64,000 bases of DNA from an uncultured virus (IMG/VR IMGVR_UViG_3300035670_013234). Lineage: Duplodnaviria > Heunggongvirae > Uroviricota > Caudoviricetes. Positions 8,997 to 18,793 of the stretch are shown in pieces (positions within the stretch are counted from its first letter, which is position 1; the number at the start of each line of letters is the position of its first letter). Made by a program: the position numbers and the translations under genes. The notes under the pieces were generated by a model that saw nothing but the letters and a program-made list of their open reading frames with translations, ran no database searches and was not told where the DNA came from. The stretch is taken from IMG/VR virus record IMGVR_UViG_3300035670_013234, one strand, 5' to 3'.

Positions 8997-10723
8997 TAGT
9001 CAAAAAAGAATAGATGGAACAATCTGGAATCATCAATGGTCTTACCAAAGTATTTAGACGCCGAGTGGAAGCACCTTGCATCAAAAAGAACTAATCGATT
9101 AAACACATTACCAATAGTATCAACCAATTCGAATTTAGTCTGATCGTAGAATCCACCAGCAAAACTTCTATCCTCTGGATCTTGATCAACATGTCTAGCA
9201 TTAGTTATTCTGCTAGCCCACAAAGAAGTCCCACAATCATATGGTGCGTTTGGCGTCAAATAAATCATACCAGCCCAAGTCTGAGAATCATAATGATAGA
9301 CTAGCAGATCTTCAGGCGTACAATATTGGAAACTGCCATTCATTCCGTGCGATTCCCATTCGCGAATCTTAATGCCCATTATATTTTCAAATGCTTCTTT
9401 GATCTCAGTTGGTCTATATTTCTCAATAGATCTACTACCTTTGTACCAGTTATTGTTTGCTTCAAATGCTGACCCAAGAGCAAAATTCCGAACCGCAATC
9501 GGATCAGCATAAAAATCATCAACAACAAAAATTCTTTTCTTTCTGTTTGGGTTAACTGTTAATTGATTTTTGAGTTCGCAGTAGTTCATCGATTCTTCCT
9601 TTTTGGTTGCGTTTTGTAGTGCAACATTATGCAGGTTTTTGGGATATTCACTGGTATCGTGATACATGTCAGTGCTGATAATAAACACAAAGTCGGGAAA
9701 TGGCATGGTTCGTTCAGGTTTCATTATCTCTGTTGTATATTTCAGCATCTCATCAAAATCACCAAGATGCATATACGTTTCTGCTAACCAAATTAGATGA
9801 TCGTTTCTACGAGAACAAAAAGGTTCCGCTCTTTTGAAATATTCTATAGCCTTTTCTGTTTGGCCAAGAAATCGATAAGAATTTCCAATGCTATTCATAG
9901 CATAGTATCCCATCTCACAAAGCCTATTTGGTTGATTTGTTCTATCGTAGTCGTGTTGAAAATTTACCCATTCCTTATAATAAAATATAGACCTTTCGGC
10001 ATAATGCCTTTGTTGCTTTTCCCCCAAAGGAAATGATTGGCATTTAAATGCATCCTCATAACTCTTACCAATATACCAAAAATGATACCAGTCTTTAAAC
10101 AAACTCTGCTCACGAATCAATTTTTCTTCTAGAGCCAAAGCATCACTAACATATTTTGTGGGCAATACATAACTTTCGCCCCTAACTGAATCATCAGCTT
10201 TCATCCTAAATTCTTTAGGCAACGAATGCATACTGAAATTTTCATTTGTTACACCATCATCTAAATAAATTGTTTCATGTGCTGGGTCATGGTGAAATTT
10301 CCAATTCAATTTAGCATTCCATATCCAAGTTCTTTGGTAAATAATACCAGGTCCTAATGCTGCAACAGAAAATGCAGTTATATTTGTATCATCAAAAATA
10401 GACCAATCGAAACTAGGATCCACTTCAAGGACTTCATCGCAATCCATTTTCATGATCCAGTTGCAACCATGATTTAAACTCTTGGCTCTTTGTAACAAAT
10501 GATCTCTGTTCCAACCAAACCCAACCCAACCTTCTTCTACTTTATAAAGGTGCCCATCTATTCTATATTTCATTGCCCATTCTTTAACTACTTCTGGCGT
10601 ACCATCAGTTGAGCCATTGTCTTGAATGACCCAATAGTCAATATATGGAGCTACAGATTCAAGCATTCTCCCTATGCTATGAGCTTCATTTTTAAACATG
10701 GTGATCATACATATTTTTTTCAT
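8996..10723 (-). CDS. GT2 + TPR + C-terminal 2OG-Fe(II) oxygenase-like fusion
   Basis: N: MFKNEA...DNGSTDGT...MDCDE; TPR-like helices; C: VVDDFY..P, HYD, FNRLVLFD..FHS, RLFHLFF. Confidence 0.75.
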   Translation of the reverse strand: MKKICMITMFKNEAHSIGRMLESVAPYIDYWVIQDNGSTDGTPEVVKEWAMKYRIDGHLYKVEEGWVGFGWNRDHLLQRAKSLNHGCNWIMKMDCDEVLEVDPSFDWSIFDDTNITAFSVAALGPGIIYQRTWIWNAKLNWKFHHDPAHETIYLDDGVTNENFSMHSLPKEFRMKADDSVRGESYVLPTKYVSDALALEEKLIREQSLFKDWYHFWYIGKSYEDAFKCQSFPLGEKQQRHYAERSIFYYKEWVNFQHDYDRTNQPNRLCEMGYYAMNSIGNSYRFLGQTEKAIEYFKRAEPFCSRRNDHLIWLAETYMHLGDFDEMLKYTTEIMKPERTMPFPDFVFIISTDMYHDTSEYPKNLHNVALQNATKKEESMNYCELKNQLTVNPNRKKRIFVVDDFYADPIAVRNFALGSAFEANNNWYKGSRSIEKYRPTEIKEAFENIMGIKIREWESHGMNGSFQYCTPEDLLVYHYDSQTWAGMIYLTPNAPYDCGTSLWASRITNARHVDQDPEDRSFAGGFYDQTKFELVDTIGNVFNRLVLFDARCFHSASKYFGKTIDDSRLFHLFFFD

Positions 10724-12396
10724 CTATTAACTCCAATATATTTGCCAAATTCTATTTCAAAAGTTTTGATTATATTATCTGTTGACCACTTAGATCTAAA
10801 CTCATTAGTTGGTTCCAATCCCCTTTCTATAACTTCTTTTATAGTGTTGCAATCAAACAACAATTCTTCTTTCCAATTTATATTATTAAAACTTTTGCTT
10901 CTATTAACCATCAAAGGTTTTTCTGCCATTAAAGCAAAATCAACGCAGCTACTTATTCCTGGGCCAACATCATGATATAAGAACAAATTAATATCATTAG
11001 AGTTTAAAAATCTAACAGTATCCTCAATATTCATATAGTCATGGCTAATGTTTATTATAACGTTAGGGTTGGCTAATTGCCTACATTTTTCTGCTATGAC
11101 ATGAGAAGTTCCTCGCTCAATACTATACTCGAAATAATCAGCATATGATATATTAAAATTTATCATTACGGGTTCAGAAAATTGTTGATTTACAGCTTCA
11201 ACTATGCCTGTGAAATTTTTATTCCACCCACCAAATCCAAAGCTACCAATTTTAATAACATTTCCTGGTGGGTTATTGTCCAGATTCTCGAACTTTACCA
11301 GAGGCCTTTCTAATGCTATTTTTCCATCTTGTTCTATAGTTGGGTCGCAAACAAAATGTTGCTTGATATTTGCAAACTCATAAATTGAGCCATGTCCAGT
11401 TATGACAAAATTTGGAATATCTTCTTGTTTGATTTTGGATAAACAATTCATCATCCAACCAAATGGGCCACAATTCCATATCACCCCATCATATTCTCTA
11501 TCAAACTTTGAAATGAATTCTTCTTCGCTGGAAGCCTCAATTAAAACATACTCATACCTATTTGATTTTTGTAGATTTTGTAGAGTTAATTTGCCATATT
11601 CATACACTCCACATTTACTTGCAGAATTCATTACAAAGGCAATCCTACGCTTCTTGCTAAGTTCAGAGAAATGCTTTCTGGACTTTTCCAGAATTTCTTG
11701 ATATGGAACATCGCCCAAATCGTCGTAATATCTGTTTCTCCAGGTGTTGTAGAAACTATATGCTTTTGGATTGCCAGAGCCTATCCATAATTCGCACAAA
11801 TATGGTTGCCATTGAACGTTTTGATTGAAGTATGTAGGATCAAGTTTGTTTAGATAATTGGCGTTGGCCCACCAAAAAAATCCTTGGTAGTGTGGCGCAG
11901 GAAATTCAATTTCTCCACCTCGGAACGTTGCTAGAGGGATATATTCAACGCCAGCGCAATCATAATGTTCAAGGGCATTGATACAATCTTTCCAATTATG
12001 GATAAGAATTTTTTCGAAATACATTCTGAATTGCGCAGACCTTTTGCCTATCTCTGAATCCCTAGAAACACCTAGCGAGTGAAAAAACAATATCTTATAT
12101 TCTGGATTCGCAGCAGAAAAAGCCCATATTCTCTGCATAATTTGATTATAGGCTCTATACAATTTTCTATTTGTTGGGCGATCCTCTTCTAAGTCACCAA
12201 GATAAGTTATGTTATTTACTTTATCGGAAATTTTATCCAAAGAAACAGGAGATTGCCCTTTAACAAACAAATCAATAAATTCTATATTGTCATAGAGCCC
12301 ACTTGTTTTAATTGAATTGATCTGTTCATCGTACAAAGCATTCCAATTATCATCACCGCCATATTGGCCTATCATGTAGAAAATTGCAATTTTCAT
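10720..12396 (-). CDS. two-domain glycosyltransferase-like protein
   Basis: N-domain FFHSLG...HYQGFFWWA...ELWIG; C-domain paralogous to 40085..41020. Confidence 0.6.
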   Translation of the reverse strand: MKIAIFYMIGQYGGDDNWNALYDEQINSIKTSGLYDNIEFIDLFVKGQSPVSLDKISDKVNNITYLGDLEEDRPTNRKLYRAYNQIMQRIWAFSAANPEYKILFFHSLGVSRDSEIGKRSAQFRMYFEKILIHNWKDCINALEHYDCAGVEYIPLATFRGGEIEFPAPHYQGFFWWANANYLNKLDPTYFNQNVQWQPYLCELWIGSGNPKAYSFYNTWRNRYYDDLGDVPYQEILEKSRKHFSELSKKRRIAFVMNSASKCGVYEYGKLTLQNLQKSNRYEYVLIEASSEEEFISKFDREYDGVIWNCGPFGWMMNCLSKIKQEDIPNFVITGHGSIYEFANIKQHFVCDPTIEQDGKIALERPLVKFENLDNNPPGNVIKIGSFGFGGWNKNFTGIVEAVNQQFSEPVMINFNISYADYFEYSIERGTSHVIAEKCRQLANPNVIINISHDYMNIEDTVRFLNSNDINLFLYHDVGPGISSCVDFALMAEKPLMVNRSKSFNNINWKEELLFDCNTIKEVIERGLEPTNEFRSKWSTDNIIKTFEIEFGKYIGVNR

Positions 12397-12400
12397 GCCA

Positions 12401-13660
12401 TTAGATACTCAATAGATGAGGCCTGCGTTTGTCAGACTTGACTGCAACTAGCCATGCATTAGTTACGGCGATTTGATCTTCCCACCAAATAGTATCAAGC
12501 CTGAACGACTGGAATCTAACATCTTTGTTGCGAATGAACATTGCTTTATCAGCTCTGGTGTAATACCAGAAACTATTTTGGTTCCAGTAACTAACATGAG
12601 TTGGATCTTGGAATGCTCCTCTACCGTCTGTGCTAGGAACTTCAATAAAAGCCCAACCACCATCAGCTAAAACCCGATATATCTCACACATTATTTTATG
12701 TTTATCGTGAAGATGCTCAATTATATGCGATGCGTTTAACACACCGACTGAATTATCAGGAAGTGGTATACCATCATTAAGATCAGCCTTAACGTTGCCT
12801 TCTTCTAAATCAATATTAATATCACATCCATCTCTTGGATTGATGCCGCCTCCAATTTCTACGATCGAAAGGTTGCGATCTCTTGCGTCTTTGCAAGCAA
12901 GATCCCATGCATGTTTTTGAAACAGTTCTACAGTAGTATCTTGTATTTGCTGATTTCTTTCAAGCCAAGTATTGTCACCAGTGATTCGATAGATATACAA
13001 TGCTTTTGGTATGTGATGCATTTTTGTTTTAAGATAAGTTCGAATCATTAGCTCATGATCATCACAAATACTTAATCTTGGATCATGGCCCCCAATTTCT
13101 CTATAGACAGACTTGCGCCATGCGCGAACATGGTCTGGGGCGTACCAAATGAAAGATATACTATGGCTTGTTGGTTGGAAAGAATCCATTGCGATAAGTT
13201 TTTTACCTTTCCAATCAACTTCTTTATATGTCCATCCATATATGGAATTGTATGGATAAAACACATCAGTCATATGATATACTGCACAATCGCTAAAAGC
13301 AAATCCAACATCTTTATCTTGGAATGCTTCATTTAGTTCTTCAAGACAATTAGGCATCAATATATCATCATGATCAACTTCAACAAGAATATCACCTTCG
13401 CCAAGATTAAATGCTTGGTGTTTATTGAATCCGACGCAGTTGTTATCAAATCCACTTTTGTAGATAGATACCCGAGAATCTTCCCTGATTCTCGGGGGAA
13501 CTTTATCAGGTGAACCAACACCATTAAGATAAATTACCCACTCCCAATTTTCATAAGTTTGCTCAACCAAACTATCATAAAGATCATCAAGAAAAGAATT
13601 CTTAATGTGTGTTGGTGTAATAATACTAAACTTATGAAGTTTCACTTTATTTGATTTCAC
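12401..13660 (-). CDS. GT2 glycosyltransferase fused to SAM methyltransferase
   Basis: FSIITPT, VDHDD, DDHEL; C-terminal EIGGG, SHIIEH, EIYRVL..GG, DPTH. Confidence 0.8.
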   Translation of the reverse strand: MKSNKVKLHKFSIITPTHIKNSFLDDLYDSLVEQTYENWEWVIYLNGVGSPDKVPPRIREDSRVSIYKSGFDNNCVGFNKHQAFNLGEGDILVEVDHDDILMPNCLEELNEAFQDKDVGFAFSDCAVYHMTDVFYPYNSIYGWTYKEVDWKGKKLIAMDSFQPTSHSISFIWYAPDHVRAWRKSVYREIGGHDPRLSICDDHELMIRTYLKTKMHHIPKALYIYRITGDNTWLERNQQIQDTTVELFQKHAWDLACKDARDRNLSIVEIGGGINPRDGCDINIDLEEGNVKADLNDGIPLPDNSVGVLNASHIIEHLHDKHKIMCEIYRVLADGGWAFIEVPSTDGRGAFQDPTHVSYWNQNSFWYYTRADKAMFIRNKDVRFQSFRLDTIWWEDQIAVTNAWLVAVKSDKRRPHLLSI

Positions 13661-15500
13661 ATGCTCCTCCTGCGCAAGCTGCCTGATCGGTCAGCGCGGT
13701 GTTATCGTCATATTCATGGACTTGAGAAAGATCAATATCATGTAGATGTTTTACCATCTCCTCAAATGTCTCACGGGTGCAGTCTTCGAATGGGGCTTGG
13801 ACATAGGTTCCGCCATCATATGGAAGAACTGATATTCCCGTGTAGTTATCCCTGTTATCCCACATCCATTCTCCAACTGGTCCCCACTCATCTTCTCTAA
13901 GAGAAATGGTGCAAGATACGTTGTGGAAATTAGCGCCTGTACGATGTCCATTGCGAACCCACTCCATATTAAATTTCTTAACACGCTCAAGCAAATGCAG
14001 AGCACTCTCAGAACGAAGGATGGCTCCTTCGGGCGCTCTCTGAGGAATCGAGAGCACTGCCTCAAGGTGAGGCTTGAATACACAATCTTCAATCAAAGTT
14101 GGGAAGTTACTCTTTATATAGTTGTACATCGCTTCGTTCTTTCCAACACGCATGCGTCGAATATAATAGTCATTGTGCCATGCGTGAATACCAGAAGATG
14201 ATCCAACTACAAGAGAGGTTGTGCCTGATGGTTTGATCGTCGTTGTTCTCGCTGCGCAGTTTACGCCGATCTGATCAGCGATTTCTTTGTTTGCTTTTTT
14301 TACAACTTTTGCTGCTTCTTCAAGATTCAGATTAATAACACCACCAGATGCGATACCCGTCATGCCAACGCCAATCAATGCTTCTTCTTCGGTAGTCTCT
14401 TTCCAGACATTACGAAGATAGTGGAAGTCGGTGTATCCTGCCTGAAGCGTACCAATAAATGCGCCTGCTGCTGCTCTTGCGTTCAAATCTGCCTGATCAT
14501 GAACATCAGATACATTAACTTCGGTCAGGTTACAGAACTGATATGGGCGAAGTGAAATCTCTGCGCATGGATTGGTGAACAGTTCTTCATCGTTGGTCCA
14601 GAAGAATCCAGGCTCACCTGCTCCTGACAATTTAACAAGATCCCAGATATGCTTGAACTCTTCTTCGGTTACTTTACCACGACGAAGTACAACTGAGTTG
14701 TTGGCTCGACCACGCTGCGGTGCATTCTCCCACCATGCACCTGACTTGCAAGAAAGCATGTCATAGTCATCAAGGCTAAAACCCGCAATCATTGCAGCTC
14801 GACGAATGCCACCTGCAAGAACAGCGTCAGCAATAAAGCAGCAGATATCGTGAACTTCAATTGTCTTGAGCTTACGGCCAATTGCGCCATTGAGAATCTG
14901 GCGAATCTGATCAATACAGATACGCAGCGGATCTGGACCAGGAGCTTTACCGCCGCTCGTTACAAGCAAAGCGCCCTTGGGTCGAATGTCTCGGAAATCA
15001 AATACGGGGTCAGACTTACCTGTTGTATAGGCTTTGACTAGAACTTTAATTGCATCAGCCCAGCCTTCGATGGAATCGCCAACAAGAAAACGTCGCTGCT
15101 TCTCTGATGGCCCAACAATTGCAGGTAGTTTCTCAACGTGATGTTTCTGTACGCTATAGCCAACTCCAGTACCACCAAGAAGCAAGAACATCAGTTCAGC
15201 AAATGCAACTGGATGTTCAATTGGCATATATGCACAGTTGAAGATGCGTGAGTTAGAAAGTTCAATTGGCATACCAGCGAACTGCATTGAACGCATTGAA
15301 GGAAGAACTTTCTTGGTGTATACAAATTCTTTATACACATTTTTAATTTCTGATTTGATACTTGGGTACTTCTTCATGTGCATAACCATGTTACGCTCAC
15401 ACAGTTCTTCCCAAGTCTCTCGGCGATTGATCTCGGGAATAAACTTGGCATACTTATTGAAAACAACAATATCTGAGAGAATTGACTGGGTTACATCCAT
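13647..15500 (-). CDS. nrdJ: class II (AdoCbl-dependent) ribonucleotide reductase
   Basis: LPSMRSMQ, FNC, GGIRRAA, TNPCAEI, CNLTE, TIKPSGT, C-terminal CAGGAC; no beta subunit adjacent. Confidence 0.9.
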   Translation of the reverse strand: MDVTQSILSDIVVFNKYAKFIPEINRRETWEELCERNMVMHMKKYPSIKSEIKNVYKEFVYTKKVLPSMRSMQFAGMPIELSNSRIFNCAYMPIEHPVAFAELMFLLLGGTGVGYSVQKHHVEKLPAIVGPSEKQRRFLVGDSIEGWADAIKVLVKAYTTGKSDPVFDFRDIRPKGALLVTSGGKAPGPDPLRICIDQIRQILNGAIGRKLKTIEVHDICCFIADAVLAGGIRRAAMIAGFSLDDYDMLSCKSGAWWENAPQRGRANNSVVLRRGKVTEEEFKHIWDLVKLSGAGEPGFFWTNDEELFTNPCAEISLRPYQFCNLTEVNVSDVHDQADLNARAAAGAFIGTLQAGYTDFHYLRNVWKETTEEEALIGVGMTGIASGGVINLNLEEAAKVVKKANKEIADQIGVNCAARTTTIKPSGTTSLVVGSSSGIHAWHNDYYIRRMRVGKNEAMYNYIKSNFPTLIEDCVFKPHLEAVLSIPQRAPEGAILRSESALHLLERVKKFNMEWVRNGHRTGANFHNVSCTISLREDEWGPVGEWMWDNRDNYTGISVLPYDGGTYVQAPFEDCTRETFEEMVKHLHDIDLSQVHEYDDNTALTDQAACAGGACEIK

Positions 15501-15505
15501 TGTTC

Positions 15506-16174
15506 TTATCCTTCTACGAGTTCTTTAATTAGTGGAAATTGTTTTACTAACACTTCTGCACATTGCTTTGCAATCTCAGCATGCTCAAGTTGCGTCCCGT
15601 TCTTGGAACGGAGTTGTATATAGTGAATCCATGAACGAAGTGTACCAGCCATATAGAGTCTTGATGCAGTCAACCCTTCGGGAAGCACTGCTCTTGCTTG
15701 CTCTTTGGCAATACCATTTTCAATAGCCCAATCATAAACTATTTTTGCCTGTTCAATCACTTGATCCTGATAGGCTTTCCATTCTTGCTCAAGATTGTAG
15801 TTGTCTGTCTTGATGCTGTTCTGCCTATTAACTGGATCCTGTAGTCTAGCCTCACGCTTTACCATTTGCATTTGAGTTGGATCAGCATAACGCTGAGAAA
15901 ACTCTTGAAAACTAAAACTGCGATGACGAAGAATCTGTCGAGCAATGTCTCTGGTCGTATTGATCTCAAGCGTAGCATGGACCATTTCAAACGGCGACCA
16001 GTGAGCGTTCTTAATCAAATAGTTAATCAACTTTGGTGCTGTCATTGTATTGGTTTGGTTTGATGGATTAGATACACGAGCAAAGTATGCTGTGAGTTCT
16101 TCCATCGTACCAATATCAGTCTCATCAAAAAAACTTGATGTTGCTTGGCTGAAACAAATCAATCTAACGCTCAT
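15506..16174 (-). CDS. thyX: flavin-dependent thymidylate synthase
   Basis: HWSPFE, QILRHRSFSFQEFSQRY. Confidence 0.95.
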   Translation of the reverse strand: MSVRLICFSQATSSFFDETDIGTMEELTAYFARVSNPSNQTNTMTAPKLINYLIKNAHWSPFEMVHATLEINTTRDIARQILRHRSFSFQEFSQRYADPTQMQMVKREARLQDPVNRQNSIKTDNYNLEQEWKAYQDQVIEQAKIVYDWAIENGIAKEQARAVLPEGLTASRLYMAGTLRSWIHYIQLRSKNGTQLEHAEIAKQCAEVLVKQFPLIKELVEG

Positions 16175-16175
16175 A

Positions 16176-17201
16176 TCAACACCTCTTCCAATTTATGAAT
16201 TCCATCATAGCTCGACTGCCGCTGTATGTTCTTTGTTCTACTATCTTCTTCACATCTATACCAGCCAGCACCATATCATTAATATCTTTCTCTACAATTC
16301 CGTTCGGCCAAATCACAACATTATACCCGAGTTCAATCGAGTTAGCTAATGTTTTTACGATCTCACGATTCCTCGGTTCATTATCATAAACTAGAACAAC
16401 GTTGACGTTACTGCCGAAGTAATCTGCCACATTACATAACCCACTGTCCCCAGAAGCAACAGCATTATCCAAAAAATAGCTGTCGAATTGCCCCTCGGTG
16501 ATGTAGATTGTTTTTTCTTTGTCGGTTCTTTCGAGGCCATAGATTTTTTTCCCTTCGACGACTTTGATTGTGATGTATCGGAGTTTTGTGTCACTTAATG
16601 CTCTCCCAGAAATATTGGTAATGTTGCCCTCTTCATCCCTATAAACTAGGATGATTCTGTCATCTTCTGGTAGATTTTCTTTTCCATGATCTGGGAAATC
16701 ATGGAATAAAAAATCCCTGAAGTTCTCTGTATAGTAAATGTCATTCCACCGACCTTCAGGGATTCCCCTCTTGATTATATATTCGCGGGCATAGTGTCCA
16801 GGTTCAAGTTCAGAGATGTTTTTTAGATTAATTTTTGGAATAGATTTCTGAGTTGCAAACCTAGCAAAAGCATTGCCCTTCAGTTCATCAAATGATGGTT
16901 TCTTGTAATTGCTGTGGCCATTATCACCAGCTGCATATCGCTCAAGCACATATTGTTTGTGTGAGCTGAGGTCTACTTGCTTGAGGAAATTTGAAAATGA
17001 AGTGCTAACTGAACAGTTGTGACAACGATAGAAATAGTCGTTGTTCTTGCGGTAGATATAACCACGCGCTTTCAGTTTGTTCTTTGACGAGTCGCCGCAG
17101 AATGGACATCTGAAGTTGAAGAGATCCGTGTTCTTCTGAGTAAACCTTTCAAGTTTATGACTAATAGTAGAAAGATACTTTCTATCAATATAGACAGACA
17201 T
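16176..17201 (-). CDS. 61: DNA primase (gp61)
   Basis: CPFCGDS zinc finger, CHNC, TEGQFDS, YDNEPRN, KDINDM. Confidence 0.95.
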   Translation of the reverse strand: MSVYIDRKYLSTISHKLERFTQKNTDLFNFRCPFCGDSSKNKLKARGYIYRKNNDYFYRCHNCSVSTSFSNFLKQVDLSSHKQYVLERYAAGDNGHSNYKKPSFDELKGNAFARFATQKSIPKINLKNISELEPGHYAREYIIKRGIPEGRWNDIYYTENFRDFLFHDFPDHGKENLPEDDRIILVYRDEEGNITNISGRALSDTKLRYITIKVVEGKKIYGLERTDKEKTIYITEGQFDSYFLDNAVASGDSGLCNVADYFGSNVNVVLVYDNEPRNREIVKTLANSIELGYNVVIWPNGIVEKDINDMVLAGIDVKKIVEQRTYSGSRAMMEFINWKRC

Positions 17202-17244
17202 AAAATCACCATAATATTATCAGTCAACATAGTATATACTATTT

Positions 17245-17646
17245 TTACTGCTGAGACAAAACTTCTTCGAAGATGAATGGATTGGTTCTGCCGAAGTTAC
17301 GAAGCATGATGCCAGCCTGACTGTTAGCCTCGTTTTCGATATCACTTCCTGTGTTACCTGAATCATCAAAAAGTCTACCATCTCGATCTTGCTTACAGTG
17401 GACCATCTCGTGGGCTAGTGTTCGGAGGATGTCCGCAACGTGCCTTTCAGCTATGTTGACGTTGATTTTATTTTGCCCAACGTAGTATGACCCAAAACTT
17501 CTGTGTTCTTTTGCAAGTTTCTTATCATTCACCAGATTAATCTCTGGCGCAGTACCTAATTCTAGCGTATCGCAAGCATAAGATACAAAACTATTTATAA
17601 TATCGACTTTTCTTTGCTCTGCAATATACTGTTTGAATGTTAACAT
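17245..17646 (-). CDS. zincin-like metallopeptidase with capsid-targeting-like N-terminus
   Basis: LAHEMVH...ENEAN; N-terminus MLTFKQYIAE. Confidence 0.65.
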   Translation of the reverse strand: MLTFKQYIAEQRKVDIINSFVSYACDTLELGTAPEINLVNDKKLAKEHRSFGSYYVGQNKINVNIAERHVADILRTLAHEMVHCKQDRDGRLFDDSGNTGSDIENEANSQAGIMLRNFGRTNPFIFEEVLSQQ

Positions 17647-18030
17647 TTAATCTCCAAAAAATCCTGAGAATTTGGAAATTACCCAGCTGACGATTGCAGC
17701 TGCCCCTACGACCATCCATCTCCACTTATCCAGTTCGGCTATCTTTGCTCTTTCGATTTCGTGTTGTTTTTTCATATCTTCTCTGAGCAAATGCATTTCT
17801 TCCATAATCTTAGTTTCAACTTCTGTAATTTTGCTATAGACATCCTTTAGATCTTGGTTTGTTTCGTTTCTTCTATCTTCCATTAACTTCTGAACCTTGT
17901 CGAGTGTGTCATCAAACTTTTGGTAGATGACGGAAAAGAAAGAGATTTTCTCTTTCATTGCACTCAATTCGACTTCTAGCTTTGTGAGCTTTGCGTCGTA
18001 CATTCTGCGTTCTTGATAATCATCGCTCAT
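17647..18030 (-). CDS. coiled-coil protein with C-terminal TM (possible holin/antiholin accessory)
   Basis: Heptad region followed by WRWMVVGAAAIVSWVI; last gene of the lysis cluster. Confidence 0.5.
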   Translation of the reverse strand: MSDDYQERRMYDAKLTKLEVELSAMKEKISFFSVIYQKFDDTLDKVQKLMEDRRNETNQDLKDVYSKITEVETKIMEEMHLLREDMKKQHEIERAKIAELDKWRWMVVGAAAIVSWVISKFSGFFGD

Positions 18031-18544
18031 TTATAGCGTTCTCTTGGGCTCTAATCCAATTCTGTAGAGCAATTAATTGCTCTGTTGTTTTTTTGCAGGT
18101 AGCGTAATTATCGACAACTCCTCCGAGTGCTTCAGCGGCTGTAAACTCGCTGGGGGTTGCATCAGCAGCGGAGGTGGAGTTGGCATGTACAGCTTTGGCG
18201 CTGGCGTCGTGGACGTGCACCCAACCAGAAGAGAGCACCCCAGTATCAGGAACATACTTGATAACTTCAACATTCTTCGTTCTCCACTTAGTTACTTCGA
18301 CTACCTTTTCAACATACTCAGTAACAACTTGAATATCGACTTTGTTTTTCTTAGCAAGTAGTTCATTATATCTTCTTTCTTCTTCAACCCTAGCCTTGGC
18401 TATTTGGGCTTCATATTTATCGGTTGTATGCTCACCACCTTTGTAATAGCCAAAGCCAAACAATCCAACTGCAGCTAAAACGAAAGCGCCGATTTTGACT
18501 AGCGGAGAATTAACCAATCTGCCGACTAGAGCAAATGGAATCAT
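18020..18544 (-). CDS. i-spanin (Rz-like)
   Basis: N-terminal TM, coiled coil, C-terminal NYATC...QLIALQNWI. Confidence 0.75.
   Translation of the reverse strand: MIPFALVGRLVNSPLVKIGAFVLAAVGLFGFGYYKGGEHTTDKYEAQIAKARVEEERRYNELLAKKNKVDIQVVTEYVEKVVEVTKWRTKNVEVIKYVPDTGVLSSGWVHVHDASAKAVHANSTSAADATPSEFTAAEALGGVVDNYATCKKTTEQLIALQNWIRAQENAINER
18073..18273 (-). CDS. o-spanin lipoprotein (Rz1-like), embedded in Rz
   Basis: Lipobox LLVGC then Pro-rich PAPKLYMPTPPPLLMQPP; different frame fully inside Rz. Confidence 0.75.
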   Translation of the reverse strand: MLKLSSMFLILGCSLLVGCTSTTPAPKLYMPTPPPLLMQPPASLQPLKHSEELSIITLPAKKQQSN

Positions 18545-18783
18545 TGTTGTTTGCCGCCAGCGAACTTCTCAGCAACTACGCTGGTTAAACCTGCCATGAT
18601 GATATACTGCATGGCATCGACCATTTCTTTGGCGACGTTTAAATCCCAGAATAAATCTCCGAGATAGCTGACGCAAAAGACGATGACACAGAGGAACGTA
18701 ATAAACCTCTTGGAGGAGGCATTACCCTCTGGACTATGGAGTGTTTCTGAGACGAAATTGGACATTTTTCTTATTGTTTCCAT
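18541..18783 (-). CDS. putative holin (2 TM)
   Basis: SSKRF then two hydrophobic segments; lies between endolysin and spanins. Confidence 0.65.
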   Translation of the reverse strand: METIRKMSNFVSETLHSPEGNASSKRFITFLCVIVFCVSYLGDLFWDLNVAKEMVDAMQYIIMAGLTSVVAEKFAGGKQQ

Positions 18784-18793
18784 AAAGCCCTAT

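Noticed and set aside
17229..17242. Perfect 14 bp palindrome ATAGTATATACTAT upstream of primase
   Set aside because: Single AT-rich occurrence that may just include a TATACT -10; no second copy seen.
17592..17599. TATAAATA late-promoter match
   Set aside because: Inside a coding region and far from the next start; may be chance.
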